The notes beneath the pieces were generated by a model. It made no database searches and was not told the origin of the DNA. It worked only from the letters and a program-made list of their open reading frames with translations. A program made the translations under genes and the position numbers. Of a stretch of DNA of 64,000 bases, positions 1 to 11,745 are shown one piece after another (the first letter of the stretch is position 1; each line of letters opens with the position of its first letter). The stretch comes from Centroscyllium fabricii (lineage: Eukaryota). The stretch covers positions 13,020,001 through 13,084,000 of the forward strand of contig JBNRSN020000022.1 of the NCBI GenBank assembly GCA_051313645.2. The letters run 5' to 3'.

Positions 1-278
1 TAAATATGAGAGATTTAGGACAGAGAGCAGGGGAAACTTTTTTTTTTTTTTTTTACAGCGGGTTGAGAGACTGTGGAATGCACTACCAGAGTTAGTGATT
101 GAAGCAACGACCATGTCAACATTTGAGAATGGGTTAGGCAACTCGTTGAAGATAAAGGAATAAAGGGATATGGGAACAGGGTGGGTATGTGGGAATAGGA
201 CTACTAGTTTGTGGAGGATAAACACCAGCACGACTGGTTGAACGAAACAGCCCAAATCGATGTCGTAATTTCTATGTA
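1..278 (+). mobile_element. CR1-like LINE 3' end fragment
   Basis: Degenerate FFTQRVVRLWNALP-type end of ORF2 followed by a 3' UTR. Confidence 0.65.
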
Positions 279-326
279 AGTAAATACACGTACCGCACTG
301 TAACTATAGATTCCTATGATACCGGG

Positions 327-1255
327 AAGAACATAAGAAATAGCAGCAGGAATAGCCAGCTCCGCCATTCAATAAGATCATGGCCGATCTTGGGCTTAAA
401 GCCACTTCCCTGCCCGCTCCCCATAACCCTTCACTCACTTATCTTGTAAAAATCTGTCTATCTCTACCTTAAATGTATTTAATGACCCAGACTCCACGGC
501 AATAAATGTCCGTACCTTATCTGTATAGATTCCTAGGATACTGGGCAGAATAAACATAAGAAATAGGAGTAGGCCATTCAGCCCCTCGAGCCTGCTCCCC
601 ATTCAATAAGATGATGGCTGATCTGACCTTGGCCTCAACTCCACTTTCCTGTCTGTTCCCCATAACCCTCAACCCCCCGTAGCTCCAATCTCTCTATCTC
701 CGCCTTGAATATATTCACTGACTCCGCCTCCACAGCTCTCTGGGGTGGAGAATTCCAAAGATTCACCACCCTTAGAAGAAATTCCTCCTCACCTCGGTCT
801 TAAATGGGCGACCCCTTACCCTGAAACTATGCCCTAGTTCTAGACTTCCCCATGAGGGCAAACATCCTCTCAGCAGCTACCCTGTCGAGTCCCCTCACAA
901 TCTTATATAATTCAATAAGATCCCCTCTCATTCTTCTAAACTCCAATATCGGCCCAACCTGCTCAACCTTTCCATCTCAGGAACCAACCGGGTCAACCTT
1001 TGCTGAACCCCCTCCAATGCAAGTACATCCCTCCTTAAATAAGGAGACCAAAACTGTACGTAGTACTCCAGGTGTGGGGTCTCAATTGTGGCAAGATTTC
1101 CCTACTTTTATACTGCATCCCCCTAGCAATAAAGGCCAACATTTCATCTGCCTTCCTAATTACTTGCTGTATCTGCATGCTAACCTTCTGTGTTTCATGT
1201 AAGAGGATACCCAGCTCCCTCTGTACCACAGCATTCTGTCGTCTCTCTCCATTTA
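327..1255 (-). mobile_element. Two CR1/HER1-like LINE 3' fragments (about 327-500 and 553-1255)
   Basis: Reverse tails acataagaaataggag..ggccattc. The minus ORF reads QRELGILLHETQKVSMQIQQVIRKA, typical of CR1 ORF2. Confidence 0.85.
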
Positions 1256-1287
1256 AACTTGCGTACTGTAAGTGTATAGTTCTGGGA

Positions 1288-1403
1288 TACAGGTTCAATT
1301 AAATGTGTGCACAGTACTAGAGATTGTGACACAGGTTCAATTAAATGTGTGCATAGTACTAGAGATTCTTGTGATACAGGTTCGATTAAACGTGTGCACA
1401 GTA
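1288..1403. repeat. Tandem repeat of about 43 bp, about 2.6 copies
   Basis: acaggttc(a/g)attaaa(t/c)gtgtgca(c/t)agta recurs three times. Confidence 0.85.
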
Positions 1404-1892
1404 ACAGCTGTTTGGAGGTTGATTTATTGGACTGAATGTCTGTACTGTTCCAGGTGCCAAGACAACGGCTGTGATCCACTCTGACCACGCTATGTACCGC
1501 TCTATGTACACCATGTATGTTCAGTGACGCTACTAGTTACCGTATTCATTGAGTGTGAATGAACTACAACTGCCCGATATACCTTCTGCTTTGATTAACC
1601 CAGTTTTAGAAAGGTACTAATTATTTGAATTTCAGCAGTGGATAATTTGGTGTAATGCACGACTCGGGTTTAAATCTGGACAGGTTTCTCCAGTGCACTG
1701 GACTCGGCGCTTGTAAAATAGCGTACCTTGAAACTGAAGATAAAAAGCCATCTCCACTTTCATCTTCATACTGCAATGCAGCTACATTGCCTTTAGGTGT
1801 ACAACCGGTGCATTTAAACAAAGAATGTAAAAAGCATTATGTTTTTGTTTCAGTTAGAATTCAAAAATTGAAACACTCTCCCAATTTTTATG

Positions 1893-2242
1893 CAGGTTGA
1901 AGTTCGTTAATCCGGCACCCGAAAAACCGGCAACTTCGAACGTCCGTCAATAATTTCCCCGACTGTCCTGTGCATGCGCCAAATGGCCACCGCGATCGAT
2001 GCTTCGGTGAATGATCTGTGCATGCGCCGCCGAACGGCACACGCATGCACAGATCATTCACAATGCCCGAGCCGAGCCTGGCCGCTGCGAGCCTCCCCGA
2101 GCCTGGCCGCTGCGAGCCTCCCCGAGCCAGGTCTCCCTGAATGGTCTGCGCACGCGCTCGCTGAAACTTCAATCGTTCGGGATTTTCACTTGTCCGGTAC
2201 GGGCCTGGTCCCGCCTGCGCCGGATTAACGAACTTCAACCTG
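1893..2242. mobile_element. pogo/Tigger-like MITE, copy A
   Basis: TIR caggttgaagttcgttaatccgg ... ccggattaacgaacttcaacctg; TA on the right flank. Confidence 0.85.
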
Positions 2243-2927
2243 TACTGCACTAGTTATTTGTTGTTGCTTCCAATATCGGGTGTTGGTGTGTGTAGGTTAA
2301 TGACTTACAAGACACAAAATCAATTTGGGGATATTAGGAAGTGGGTACCTTGCAGCCAACAAACCCTTCCACCAATTACAAGGCAGTCTATTCAAGACAG
2401 GGCTCGATGGATGTTTAAGATACCAAGAGAATCAAGGGATATGGGGATAGTGCGAGAAAGTGGAGTTGAGGTAGAAGATCAGCCATGATCTTGTTGAATG
2501 GCGGAGTAGACTCGAGGGGCCGACTAGCCGACTCCTGCCCCTATTTCTTATGTTCTTAGCCCCATTTGGAAACACTCCTGCAAGATTATAAGTCATCAGG
2601 GATACAGAAGAGGTTTTTGGGAGTGTTTCTTTATGAAGATGCAGGTGCTGCTCATAAAGATGTAATAATAGAAAAGCTCGGATAGAAATTAAAACAGCTG
2701 GAAACAGTCAGATCAGGTAAGGCCTTTGGAGAGATAGTGACCGGCCTGCTGAGTGTTTCCAGAAATCTATTTTTATTTCGGATTTCCAGCATCTGAGGTA
2801 TTCTGTGTAACTACTCCGATAGAGTCTGCACTCGGCACTGCAATGACTGCTAACGTTTGTGATTAGATTTAAACTGTAAAGCACAGGAGCGTTAACACTT
2901 AACGGTATAAAGATGCATGTTCCTTAC

Positions 2928-3003
2928 CTCCATTTTGAGTAATATAACGAACCCATGGCAAAGCCTGGTAGCCACTTTTCTCAATAATCTTCAAGTAACG
3001 AAC
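2928..3003 (-). CDS. AP1M1: AP1M1 penultimate coding exon, 76 bp (VRYLKIIEKSGYQALPWVRYITQNG)
   Basis: Absent from the ORF track and read manually. cag| acceptor, G|gtaagg donor. Includes the cargo-binding PWVR strand. The terminal DYQLRTQ exon was not found in 1-2927. Confidence 0.96.
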
Positions 3004-3545
3004 CTGACCAAAAGAAAATAGGTTTGTGGTGAAATGGCTAAACACGTTACCACTTTTATTTATCCTCCGATTCCCTTTGCAATAGTTTGTAGCTTTAGGG
3101 TGAAGCTTATGTGCAGATTTTGTGTTGTTTCAGAGATGTGAAATCTGCCCCATTTTCACAGCACCAGGAGTCACAAAGGCCTAAACTGGAGAACTGTTTC
3201 AAGGAACTCTCCTGTAACATGAATGTAGCACAAGACCTTGAAGTGAGTGGAAACGAAAATGGGGTGTGGCATAAAACAAGCTGCTGATTCGCTACTGCCT
3301 GTTACACGCGACTGTTAAAGACCAATTTCACCCTCGACCATCTTTGGACGGAATACATTTATTATCAAACAAAAAGACCAGTGAAAACGGTGGCAAAGGA
3401 TTCCAAATCTTGAACTGATCCACCCTCGACTTCCCTTCCAGCTGTTATGCGTGCCAGATGCTCAGACATGGTTTCAAATCCCCTACTGTTCCTCCCCAAA
3501 GGCAGTCAGATTTCTGGATCAGACAGTGCCGTCAGGGATAGATAC

Positions 3546-4015
3546 TTCTACCGCTGCACAATCGAAAGCATACTGACAAGCTGCATCACAGTCTGGTATG
3601 GAAACTGCACCATCTCGGACCAGAAGGCCCTGCAGCGGGTAGTCAAAACTGCCCAACGAATCACCAGCACCCAGCTACCGTCAATCGAATGCACCTACCT
3701 TAAACGCTGCCTACGGAGGTTTCTGAACATTATTAAAGACCCCACACACCCCAGCCATAGTCTGTTCGCCCCCCTGCCCTCCGGGAGACGCTACAGATCA
3801 ATTCGCTCCCGCACGACCAGATTAAAGAACACCTTCTTCCCCAGGGCTGTCAGTCTCCTGAACTCTAACAATAAACTCCAGAATCTGCACTCCTGAAATG
3901 TACTTTACTGTATGAAATTGTATGTAACTTATTTGCACTACTCTCGGGAGCAGCGAGTCTTCGTTTCGTTGTATTGTACTGGTACTCTGCAATGACAATA
4001 AAACTTGAATTGAAT
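3546..4015 (+). mobile_element. Rex1/Babar-clade LINE, 5'-truncated 3' end
   Basis: ORF FYRCTIESILTSCITVWYGNC...LPSGRRYRSIRSRTTRLKNTFFPRAV is a typical Rex/Babar RT C-terminus. Tail caatgacaataaaacttgaattgaat. Confidence 0.85.
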
Positions 4016-4255
4016 AGGACACACGCAAAGTGACAATAGCCAGGATTCCATGATACAGGACAAGAACGGACAAAACCAGTCCCAAAGATTCATATATGCG
4101 ACTCTCAACAACAACTTGCATTTATATAGCGTTTATAATGCAGAAATAGCATCCCAAGATGCTTCACAGAAGTGGAGTCGGGCAAAAAAGGACACTGAAC
4201 CAGAGAAGCAGATATTAGGACGGGTGAATAAGATTGGCCAAAGAAGTAGGTTTAA

Positions 4256-5146
4256 GTTTCCGGTTCCGGTAGGACGGCCGCCATCGGGCGGCTGTGCCTC
4301 TTCGATGGGTTGATTCGCTGTGTTCGACCGCCGGCGGCGCCGGGTGAGAGCCGGTGGGATGCGGGGCGCATTTCGACCCCGGGACGCCGCATCGGTTCGG
4401 CCTCGGTCCGGAGTTCGGACCTCCGGGGTGTCGGGACGGCCTTGGCTTGGCGTTCCGAGGAGCCTGCGTCGGGCGCTGGAGCTCCGCGGAGCCTGTGTCG
4501 GGAGCTGGAGCTCCGGGGGCCTGTGTCGGGAGCTGGAGCTCCGGGGGCCTGTGTCGGGAGCTGGAGCTCCGGGGGCCTGTGTCGGGAGCTGGAGCTCCGG
4601 GGGCCTGTGTCGGGAGCTGGAGCTCCGGGAGCCTGTGTCGGGAGCTGGAGCTCCGGGAGCCTGTGTCGGGAGCTGGAGCTCCGGGAGCCTGTGTCGGGAG
4701 CTGGAGCTCCGGGAGCCTGTGTCGGGAGCTGGAGCTCCGGGAGCCTGTGTCGGGAGCTGGAGCTCCGGGAGCCTGTGTCGGGAGCTGGAGCTCCGGGAGC
4801 CTGTGTCGGGCGCTGGAGCTTCGGGGAGCCTGTGTCGGGAGCTGGAGCTTCGGGGAGCCTGTGTCGGGGGCTGGAGCTTCGGGGAGCCTGTGTCGGGCGC
4901 TGGAGCTTCGGGGAGCGAATTGACTGGGCGAGAGAGGACAATTTTACCAACGGTTGAGTGGCCAGAGCAGGAACGGGATACTCGATGATGGCGCCGTAAT
5001 TTGGCTGACGTCTTGCGGGCTCGTTCGCGCCGGGCAGCTTAAGTGTTGCGCGGTTGTTGTTGTTGCACGGTGTGTCGGGTAGCAGTAAGCATTTCGTTGT
5101 ATGGTGTTTGTTCGCTGTACAATGACAAATAAAATTGAACTTGAAC
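4256..5146 (+). mobile_element. Non-autonomous GC-rich retroelement with Rex-type tail and internal minisatellite
   Basis: ttaa on both flanks (4252-4255 and 5147-5150). Tail tttcgttgta...tgtacaatgacaaataaaattgaacttgaac resembles 3960-4015. Confidence 0.7.
4459..4917. repeat. 28-bp minisatellite gcctgtgtcgggagctggagctccggg(a/g), about 16 copies
   Basis: Read directly. Translations show a 28-aa period, equal to three units. Confidence 0.95.
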
Positions 5147-6895
5147 TTAAAGGAGAGGGAAGTGGAGGTGTTGAGAAAATTCCAGAGCCTACGCGGCTGA
5201 AGACACAGCTGTCAACAGTGGGGTGAAGAGAGGGGTTGCACTAGAGGCCAGAGTCAGAGGAACTCACTGTTCTCATGGGGGTCTTGTAGTGCTGAAAGAT
5301 GTTAGAGAGACAGAGGGGGTCTCAGCCATAAAGGCATTTAAACACGAGGGCATTGTTAGTGGAAGGTAACGCAAGAACTGCAGCATATGGCAGGAGTCAA
5401 ATTAGTTGACTATATAAACAGGTTTTCATTTAAAAAAAAGCAAATTTTACAAATAGAGGCCTGAACTGTTTCGCATTTAACTTTACATTCAGGCGCGAAT
5501 GATTGGTGCTAAGTTTTATTGGCTTACAGATCACAACATGCATTGAAAAGTGAACGGCTCCTCAGGATCAGAGATGCTGGTGGTTAGTTATGTTCACTCT
5601 CATTTTTGTTTAATAATGATCAGCAAATCTCCTTCTGCACAATCTTCCTTCAGCGAAGAGTCTGGGGAAAATAGCAAGTCTAAGACCAGGCTTTTGGGAG
5701 AGGCCCAAGACTTCAACACAGAACTTTAATGAAGGCATTAAAAGACACAAAATAATTCTATGGAGACATTTAATTATGAAATACACTTTTTTACATTTAA
5801 AATTTTGTATAAAACCTTATTTTGGACATTATAATTTTCAGTTACTGAGAGTAAAAATGGCAGATTAAATTTTTTTCAGAAAAACATTGAGTGGATGAAA
5901 GATAATGCAGCACCACATGGTGTCCTGACACGGAGTCGTGACAGTCAGGTCATCAAATTAACATTAGAGAATAAACATATATTTGAATAGGGAAATAACA
6001 AACGCTCCTCCAGGTCCGACACTGAGTCATCAATTTTCAGTGAGCCGTGAGGCGGACTTTTCGGCGGGATTGGCGCAAAATACCAAAACCGGGGATCCCG
6101 ACACACCAGCACCCCCACCCCCCCCGCCCTGGCCGGATCCCCGCCGCTTTGCGATTTCCTGCCGCCGTGTCTAGCCGCTCCAAATCCTTTGGTCGGCAGG
6201 AATGGTCGTAAAGCACATTAAGTACCCTTAATTGGCATGTATGCCATTTTAAGGGTCCCCCGCGATTTTGAAGGGTTTCCCACCCATAACCCGCCAGCCT
6301 GAAACCCCGCCGATGAAACCTAGCGGGGACACATTCGGCTTGCTGACTTTCACCTTCAAGGCATTCATGCAGCTGTAGCAGAATGCCTCCCTGGGCTCCA
6401 ACATGCTGGAGGTCTAACGGTCTCCCTAGGGTGAACAAGATCAGTGGAAAAAAAACCATTCAAAACCTCACCTTCCAGCTGATTTCTATTGATTGACAGA
6501 TAAGTCTTTCCTAGTGGTCAAGAGGTTTCCAGTGAAACAAACTACTTAGGCTTGTCAATCATGGGCCTGTGGTTACAGGGCTTTATGACATCATAAACCA
6601 CAGAGTCAATAGCTACAAGCAATCCAAACTACTTAGACTATAGCAACATATAGAAACATATATGTTCTTATGTTGTCAATCATGGGCTCTGGTGGTTGCA
6701 CAGTGGGAACCCCGCCAGCTTTCTGTCTTAAATCAATCAATTGGCAGGGGTTCCTACACGCGGGGAATTAATTGGTCAATTGAGCCGGGCTCCCAGGCAC
6801 TTTAACATTCGGGTCAGAAACCTGACCCACCCGAAACCCGCCAATTCCCCGCACATCAGGAAAAATTTACCCTTGAATCTTTGAAGTGTGTCTTG

Positions 6896-7654
6896 GGGGG
6901 AGAAATTCGGTATCGCCCCGTTTGGGGCACTATCATCGGCCGGGCGCAAAGTTTAGTGCCCGGCGCTAATTATCGCCTCTGACTGCAAACTTGGCCTCCA
7001 TCACCCCGGAGGTGATTTGAGCGCTAAATCAGGTGCTACACACCTGACTAAGGTGCTAACGTCGAGGAGCAAGGTGCGACCTGAGCACTGGCGAACCTCA
7101 GGTGATGACAGTTAGCAATGGAACAGACTGGCGCCGTCCAGTTCTTAAAGGGGAGGGGCCATCTTGTTGGCCAGCCCCACCCTGCTCATTGCAGCCTTGA
7201 ATCTCAGCCTGGAGACACCTCAAAAGCAATTGTGTTGGAAGCACTAATGGATAGGTCTAGGGAAAGAGCTTGGCGCTTTGGAACCTCAGAAATGGTGCCG
7301 AGGGCCAAAACTCCTTAGGACAGCGTAAAAACCAAAAATGTAACCAACAAAAAAAAGCAGGAAGCATTTAAATAGTTCTCCCCCAGCCCCTTCCCAACTG
7401 CAAAACGTTATCCTCAACCTGTTGTTGCTTGTGACAGGCGGAAAGCCAGGGGGCTTTATCCAGTCCGGGGTGCTACATGCTCGACTGACGTCACGATCTG
7501 CGGGCGCAGGAGATCGTGGCGGTAGTGCCGAGCGCTGCTGCAAAATGTCTGGTCAAATTCGCGAACGGTGCAAACATCGCCACTCCCGGCCGCTAGTTGC
7601 TTTGCGCCACTTAGGGCGCTAATGGGAGGCGCTAATTAATCGAATGTTTCCCCC
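6896..7654. mobile_element. GC-rich Harbinger-like MITE
   Basis: Termini gggggagaaattcg ... cgaatgtttccccc, 3-bp TSD ttg/ttg, related to 60320-61035. Confidence 0.65.
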
Positions 7655-7878
7655 TTGGACTCTGGTCAACACGAGCTACATTTCTAAGGAATTCACCAAT
7701 CCAAACCCCCAGGACTGCTTTTGAAGCGAATGCTACCAGAACAGACCTAAAAGATCAAGTCCTGTATCCTTTACTGCTTGTAAATGCTAGACACAGACTA
7801 AGCTTCTAACACAATGACATGAACTCTTGGGGCCAGAGGATGAGTTCCATACCATTAGGGAGAGGGGTAATTATAGCA

Positions 7879-8205
7879 CAGGTTGAGCACCGGTAATCCG
7901 GCACCCGATGGTCCGGCACCATTGGAAACCGGCGCTCTTTATTTTGTGGAGCAGCCGCTCAGCGGCGGCGCCACCGTTTCCTGGGAAAGGTGAGCGAGCG
8001 CCGAAGGCGTCGGGCGTTTGGGTTTCTGGTTGTTTTAGGTTTTGTAAGTGTTCTACCCCAGGCTCCCTCCCAGGGAGTGTCCTACTCACGCGCTCCGGGG
8101 AGTGTTCTACCCGCGCGCTTCCCCCGATCCTTCAGTGGCTCAGAATTTTCAGTGGTCCGGCACCGGGCTGGTCCCGAGGGTGCCGGATTAACGGTGTTCA
8201 ACCTG
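7879..8205. mobile_element. pogo/Tigger-like MITE, copy B
   Basis: TIR caggttgagcaccggtaatccggcacc ... ggtgccggattaacggtgttcaacctg|ta. Confidence 0.88.
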
Positions 8206-8485
8206 TACTAAGATTTTAAATCAGAAATTTCAGCACAGGAGGCCGCCATTCGACTCAATGAGCCTGTGTCAGTACCAGATCCACATCAACTCATCTTATT
8301 TCCCTGCTTTTCCTCTGCACTAAATATTTTTCTTCCAGTTATTTATCCAATTGCCTCTTCAATGTTGTGGATTGGATCAGTTTCAATAGCCACTTGTATT
8401 CCATATTTAAATAACCAGTTGCATGAAGAGATTCTCAGGCCTCCCCGCTTATGATTCCAGTAACAATTCCACATTTGTGCCCCAA

Positions 8486-8924
8486 GTGTCAGCCGTGGCT
8501 CAGTGGGTAACACCCTCGCCTTCAAGTCAAAAGGTTGTGGGTTTAAGTCCCATTCCAGAGATTGAGCATAAAATCTAGGCTGACACTTCGCTGCGGTACC
8601 GAGGGAGTGCTGCACTGTCGGAGGTGCCGTCTTTTGGATGAGACGTTAAACCGAGGCCCCATCTTTCCTTTCAGGTGGACGCAAAAGATCCCATTGCATT
8701 ATTGCAAAGAAAAACAGGGAAGTTCTCCCCGGTGTCCCGGCCAATATTTATCCCTCAATCAACATCACTAAAACAGATTATCTGGTCATCATCACATTGT
8801 TGTTTGTGGGAGCTTGCCGTGTGCAAATTGTCTGCCACGATTCCAACATTACAACAGTGACTACACTCCAAAAGTACTTGTCCTGAGGTTGTGAAAGGTG
8901 CAAAATAAATGCAAGTCTTTCTTT
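8486..8924 (+). mobile_element. Deu-SINE-like (SacSINE1-type) tRNA-derived SINE
   Basis: A/B-box-like head (tggctcagtgg; gggtttaagtccc), central gagggagtgctgcactgtcggaggtgccgtc..ggatgagacgttaaaccgagg, and an L2-type tail. Confidence 0.75.
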
Positions 8925-9562
8925 TGCCACCCCCCACCGACAGACCACTGAAAATGATCACTCACCACTTATCTTCTCAAACCATCACAATTTCAAGCAT
9001 TTCTATTAGACTGTATCTCTCCTGCTCCCGTGAACACAGCCCTAGTTGTTCTAAGTCTATGATTATATGCTCTAATCCCTGGTGAATTGCAGCTTTTCCA
9101 TGGATTCTTTAGTGGGGTGCCAAAAACTCCAACAGTACTCGGACTGTGACCTAACCAACATGCTGAACACATTCAACATGACTTCCTTGCTTTTACATTC
9201 AATATCTTTATGTATGGAGGCCAGAATCTAATTTACCTTTTTGTGGATTTTTCTACCTGCATTCCCATCTTTAACAATGTGCATCTGCACACTAGATACC
9301 TGTTCCTCCATTCTCGTTACAAGTCTAACCTGTACATCCTTTCATTATTCTTCTGCACCAAAATGTACCACTGCACACATACAATATTCAATGTGCCTGT
9401 ACAGAAAACACAGAATGCAATTTGCCCTTTTGGGATCTTTCTACCAACAATCCTACTCTCAAAGGTATTATTGTTGTATTTTGTTGAGAATGTTACCATT
9501 GAGGGGACTGTTCTATTCTGTTCTCTTTCCCACATCATATTACTCAGATTACCTTCACTGTA

Positions 9563-9939
9563 CAGGTTGAGCACCGGTAATCCGGCACCTTCACTGTACA
9601 GGTTGAGCACCGGTAATCCGGCACCTTCCGTGGTCCGACACAAATTGAAACTGGCGGTCTTCAGTTTGCGGAGCTGTATCCACGGTAATTAAATGATTGT
9701 TTTTTTATTCAATCCTTACCTGTATTGTGTTTATACTGTATGTTTTATCTACTTCTTCCAGTTTTCCAGTTATTTCTAGTACAGTAAACTGTGACGCAGT
9801 TTCAGTGAAGGGTGGGCGAGCGCCAAAGGCGTCGGGCGTTTGGGTTGTACCGAATACGTGTTATTTTACCGAGCCTTCAGTGGTTCCGAATTTTCACCGG
9901 CCTGGTCCCGAGGGTGCCGGATTACCGGTCCTCAACCTG
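9563..9939. mobile_element. pogo/Tigger-like MITE, copy C, with duplicated left end and foreign interior
   Basis: TA|caggttgagcacc... present twice in tandem; right TIR ends ctcaacctg|ta. Confidence 0.85.
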
Positions 9940-11009
9940 TACTGCATTCACCACATATCTGCCCGGTTCTGTCAGCTGCACTGTTGCCTGTGCAAGGATC
10001 GCTCCTTCGATGAATGAAACAGAAATCTAGTTATGTATCTGATAGAGTCAAAGTGTGCATTGCAAAAATTGCAAATGGAAACTTGCTACTTAAACAAAGA
10101 GAAGAATCGGATTGTAAAAGATTGGCTAAGAATAGATCTCTCTGGTTTTTGAGTAGGTCAGGGGTGTGCAGCTGGGGCTGGTGGCTAATATAAATCTCAG
10201 CTCCAGATCACGCTGGTGAACCAGAAAAGGTGGTTTCTTGAAAGCTCGGAGGTGGTGGTTCTGATAACTTGCTCAACCAATTGTACCACAGGATTTCAGG
10301 GCAGAGGTCACTTCAGTCTCCACAGCCCTTTTTTTTTTTTTTTTAAGACTAACCGCATTTATTTTTGTAAACACAGTGAGAGCAAATATATATGTTTAAT
10401 TTTAGCAAAGATCAGAGAGGCCTTTGATACCCACTCCAACTAAACTGAAGCCTCAGCATTTAAACCTCTGGTTGGAAAAGAGCGCTTTGTTTTACAGTTT
10501 ACTAAAGTTGCAAAATGGGACTTTTTAAAAACATAAATTATACTGTAATCGGCTAAGAAAAATAAATGTATATTTCCATATAAAAGACTTCATCTTTTCA
10601 GAGTTCAGACCTGAACTAAATCCAACCAGTGGGCAATTGCTCTATTATTCCCAATCATAAGCAGCTCGAAGCTATGCTTTGGGTTTGCTGTTTGTACAGG
10701 CTTTACACACAGCACACTATGCCCAAGATCAAGACAGAAAATAAATGAGGATTCTGCAATGTCTAAACTTACAAAGCCATTGTGATTTGAAGTCTGACCG
10801 TGCATGATAAGCTGTGAAAGTCCCAGCTCAGATAGATTTAGATGTGTGGTTTGCTATTTGTGAAAGTAGGAAATGGAAGATCATGAACACCTGGCTGAAA
10901 GTGATGCAGTTTAAAAATATTACACAGATCCTCTATCTTAATTTACTTTCTTCAGGGACTCCCCCCTCCCCCCAAACTTTGTTTGCTTAACTACAAGTCT
11001 TAGCTGGGT

Positions 11010-11745
11010 GATCACACTATCACCGCTGAGTCAGAAGGTCATAGGATCAAGCCCCACACTCCCGTGACCTGAGCATATAATCCAGGCTGACACAAAGTAG
11101 TACTGAGGGAGTGCTGCACTGTCGGAGGCGCCATCTTTCGGATGAGACGTTAAACCGAGACCCTGCCCTCCCTCACAGATGGACGCAAAAGATCCCATGG
11201 AGCTATTCGAAGAGCAGCAGGGGAGTACTACCATCCTAACCAACATTTATGCCTCAAAAGAATATCACTGAGAGATTATATAAGGACATAAGAAGTAGGA
11301 GGAGTAGGCCATACGGCCCTTCATGCCTGCTCCGCCATTCAATAGGATCATGGCTGATCCGAACTTCGATTCATGTCCACTTCCCTGCCTGTTCCCCATA
11401 ACCCCTTATTCACCTATCAGCTAGGACCCTTATCATAGAATCTCTACAGTGCAGATAGAGGCCATTTCGGCCCATTGAGCCTGCATCGACACATATCCCA
11501 CCCTATCCCCGTAACCCCACATATTTAATCCCCCTAGAACCAAGGGTTAATTTATCCTGGCCAATCAACCTAACCCGCACATCTTTGGACTGGTCATTTA
11601 TATTACTGGTGTTTGCAGGACCTTGTGTGTGCAAATTGGTTTCTGCATTTAGCCACATTGTAAGTGACTACACTTCAAAAATATTTCACTGGCTGTAAAA
11701 CACTTTGGGACATCCGGAGGTCGTGAAAGGCACTATATAAATGCA
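11010..11745 (+). mobile_element. Deu-SINE-like SINE with a nested CR1 tail and a truncated V-SINE (11434-11591, minus strand)
   Basis: Same central domain as 8486-8924; the sequence resumes after the nested inserts. Confidence 0.7.

Larger units (their letters stand above)
4106..5350 (-). mobile_element. L2-like LINE 3' fragment, interrupted by the 4256-5146 insertion
   Basis: Reverse tail caacaacaacttgcatttatatagcg, the same tail seen at 46640-47060 and on the Deu-SINEs. Confidence 0.7.

Noticed and set aside
1546-1570. Minus-strand ...CAC ACT CAA TGA (HTQ*) as the AP1M1 terminal exon
   Set aside because: It does not encode DYQLRTQ and the phase does not fit the phase-1 end of the preceding exon.
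4459-4917. CRISPR-like 28-bp repeat array
   Set aside because: Units are head-to-tail with no unique spacers, there are no cas genes, and the context is a vertebrate intron.
4252-4988. Four overlapping ORFs of 189-232 aa
   Set aside because: Produced by a stop-free 28-bp minisatellite, with no domain-like sequence.
8486-8560. tRNA genes at the SINE heads (also 13928, 30863, 32804, 63903)
   Set aside because: A and B boxes are present, but there is no full cloverleaf and each runs into a SINE body.
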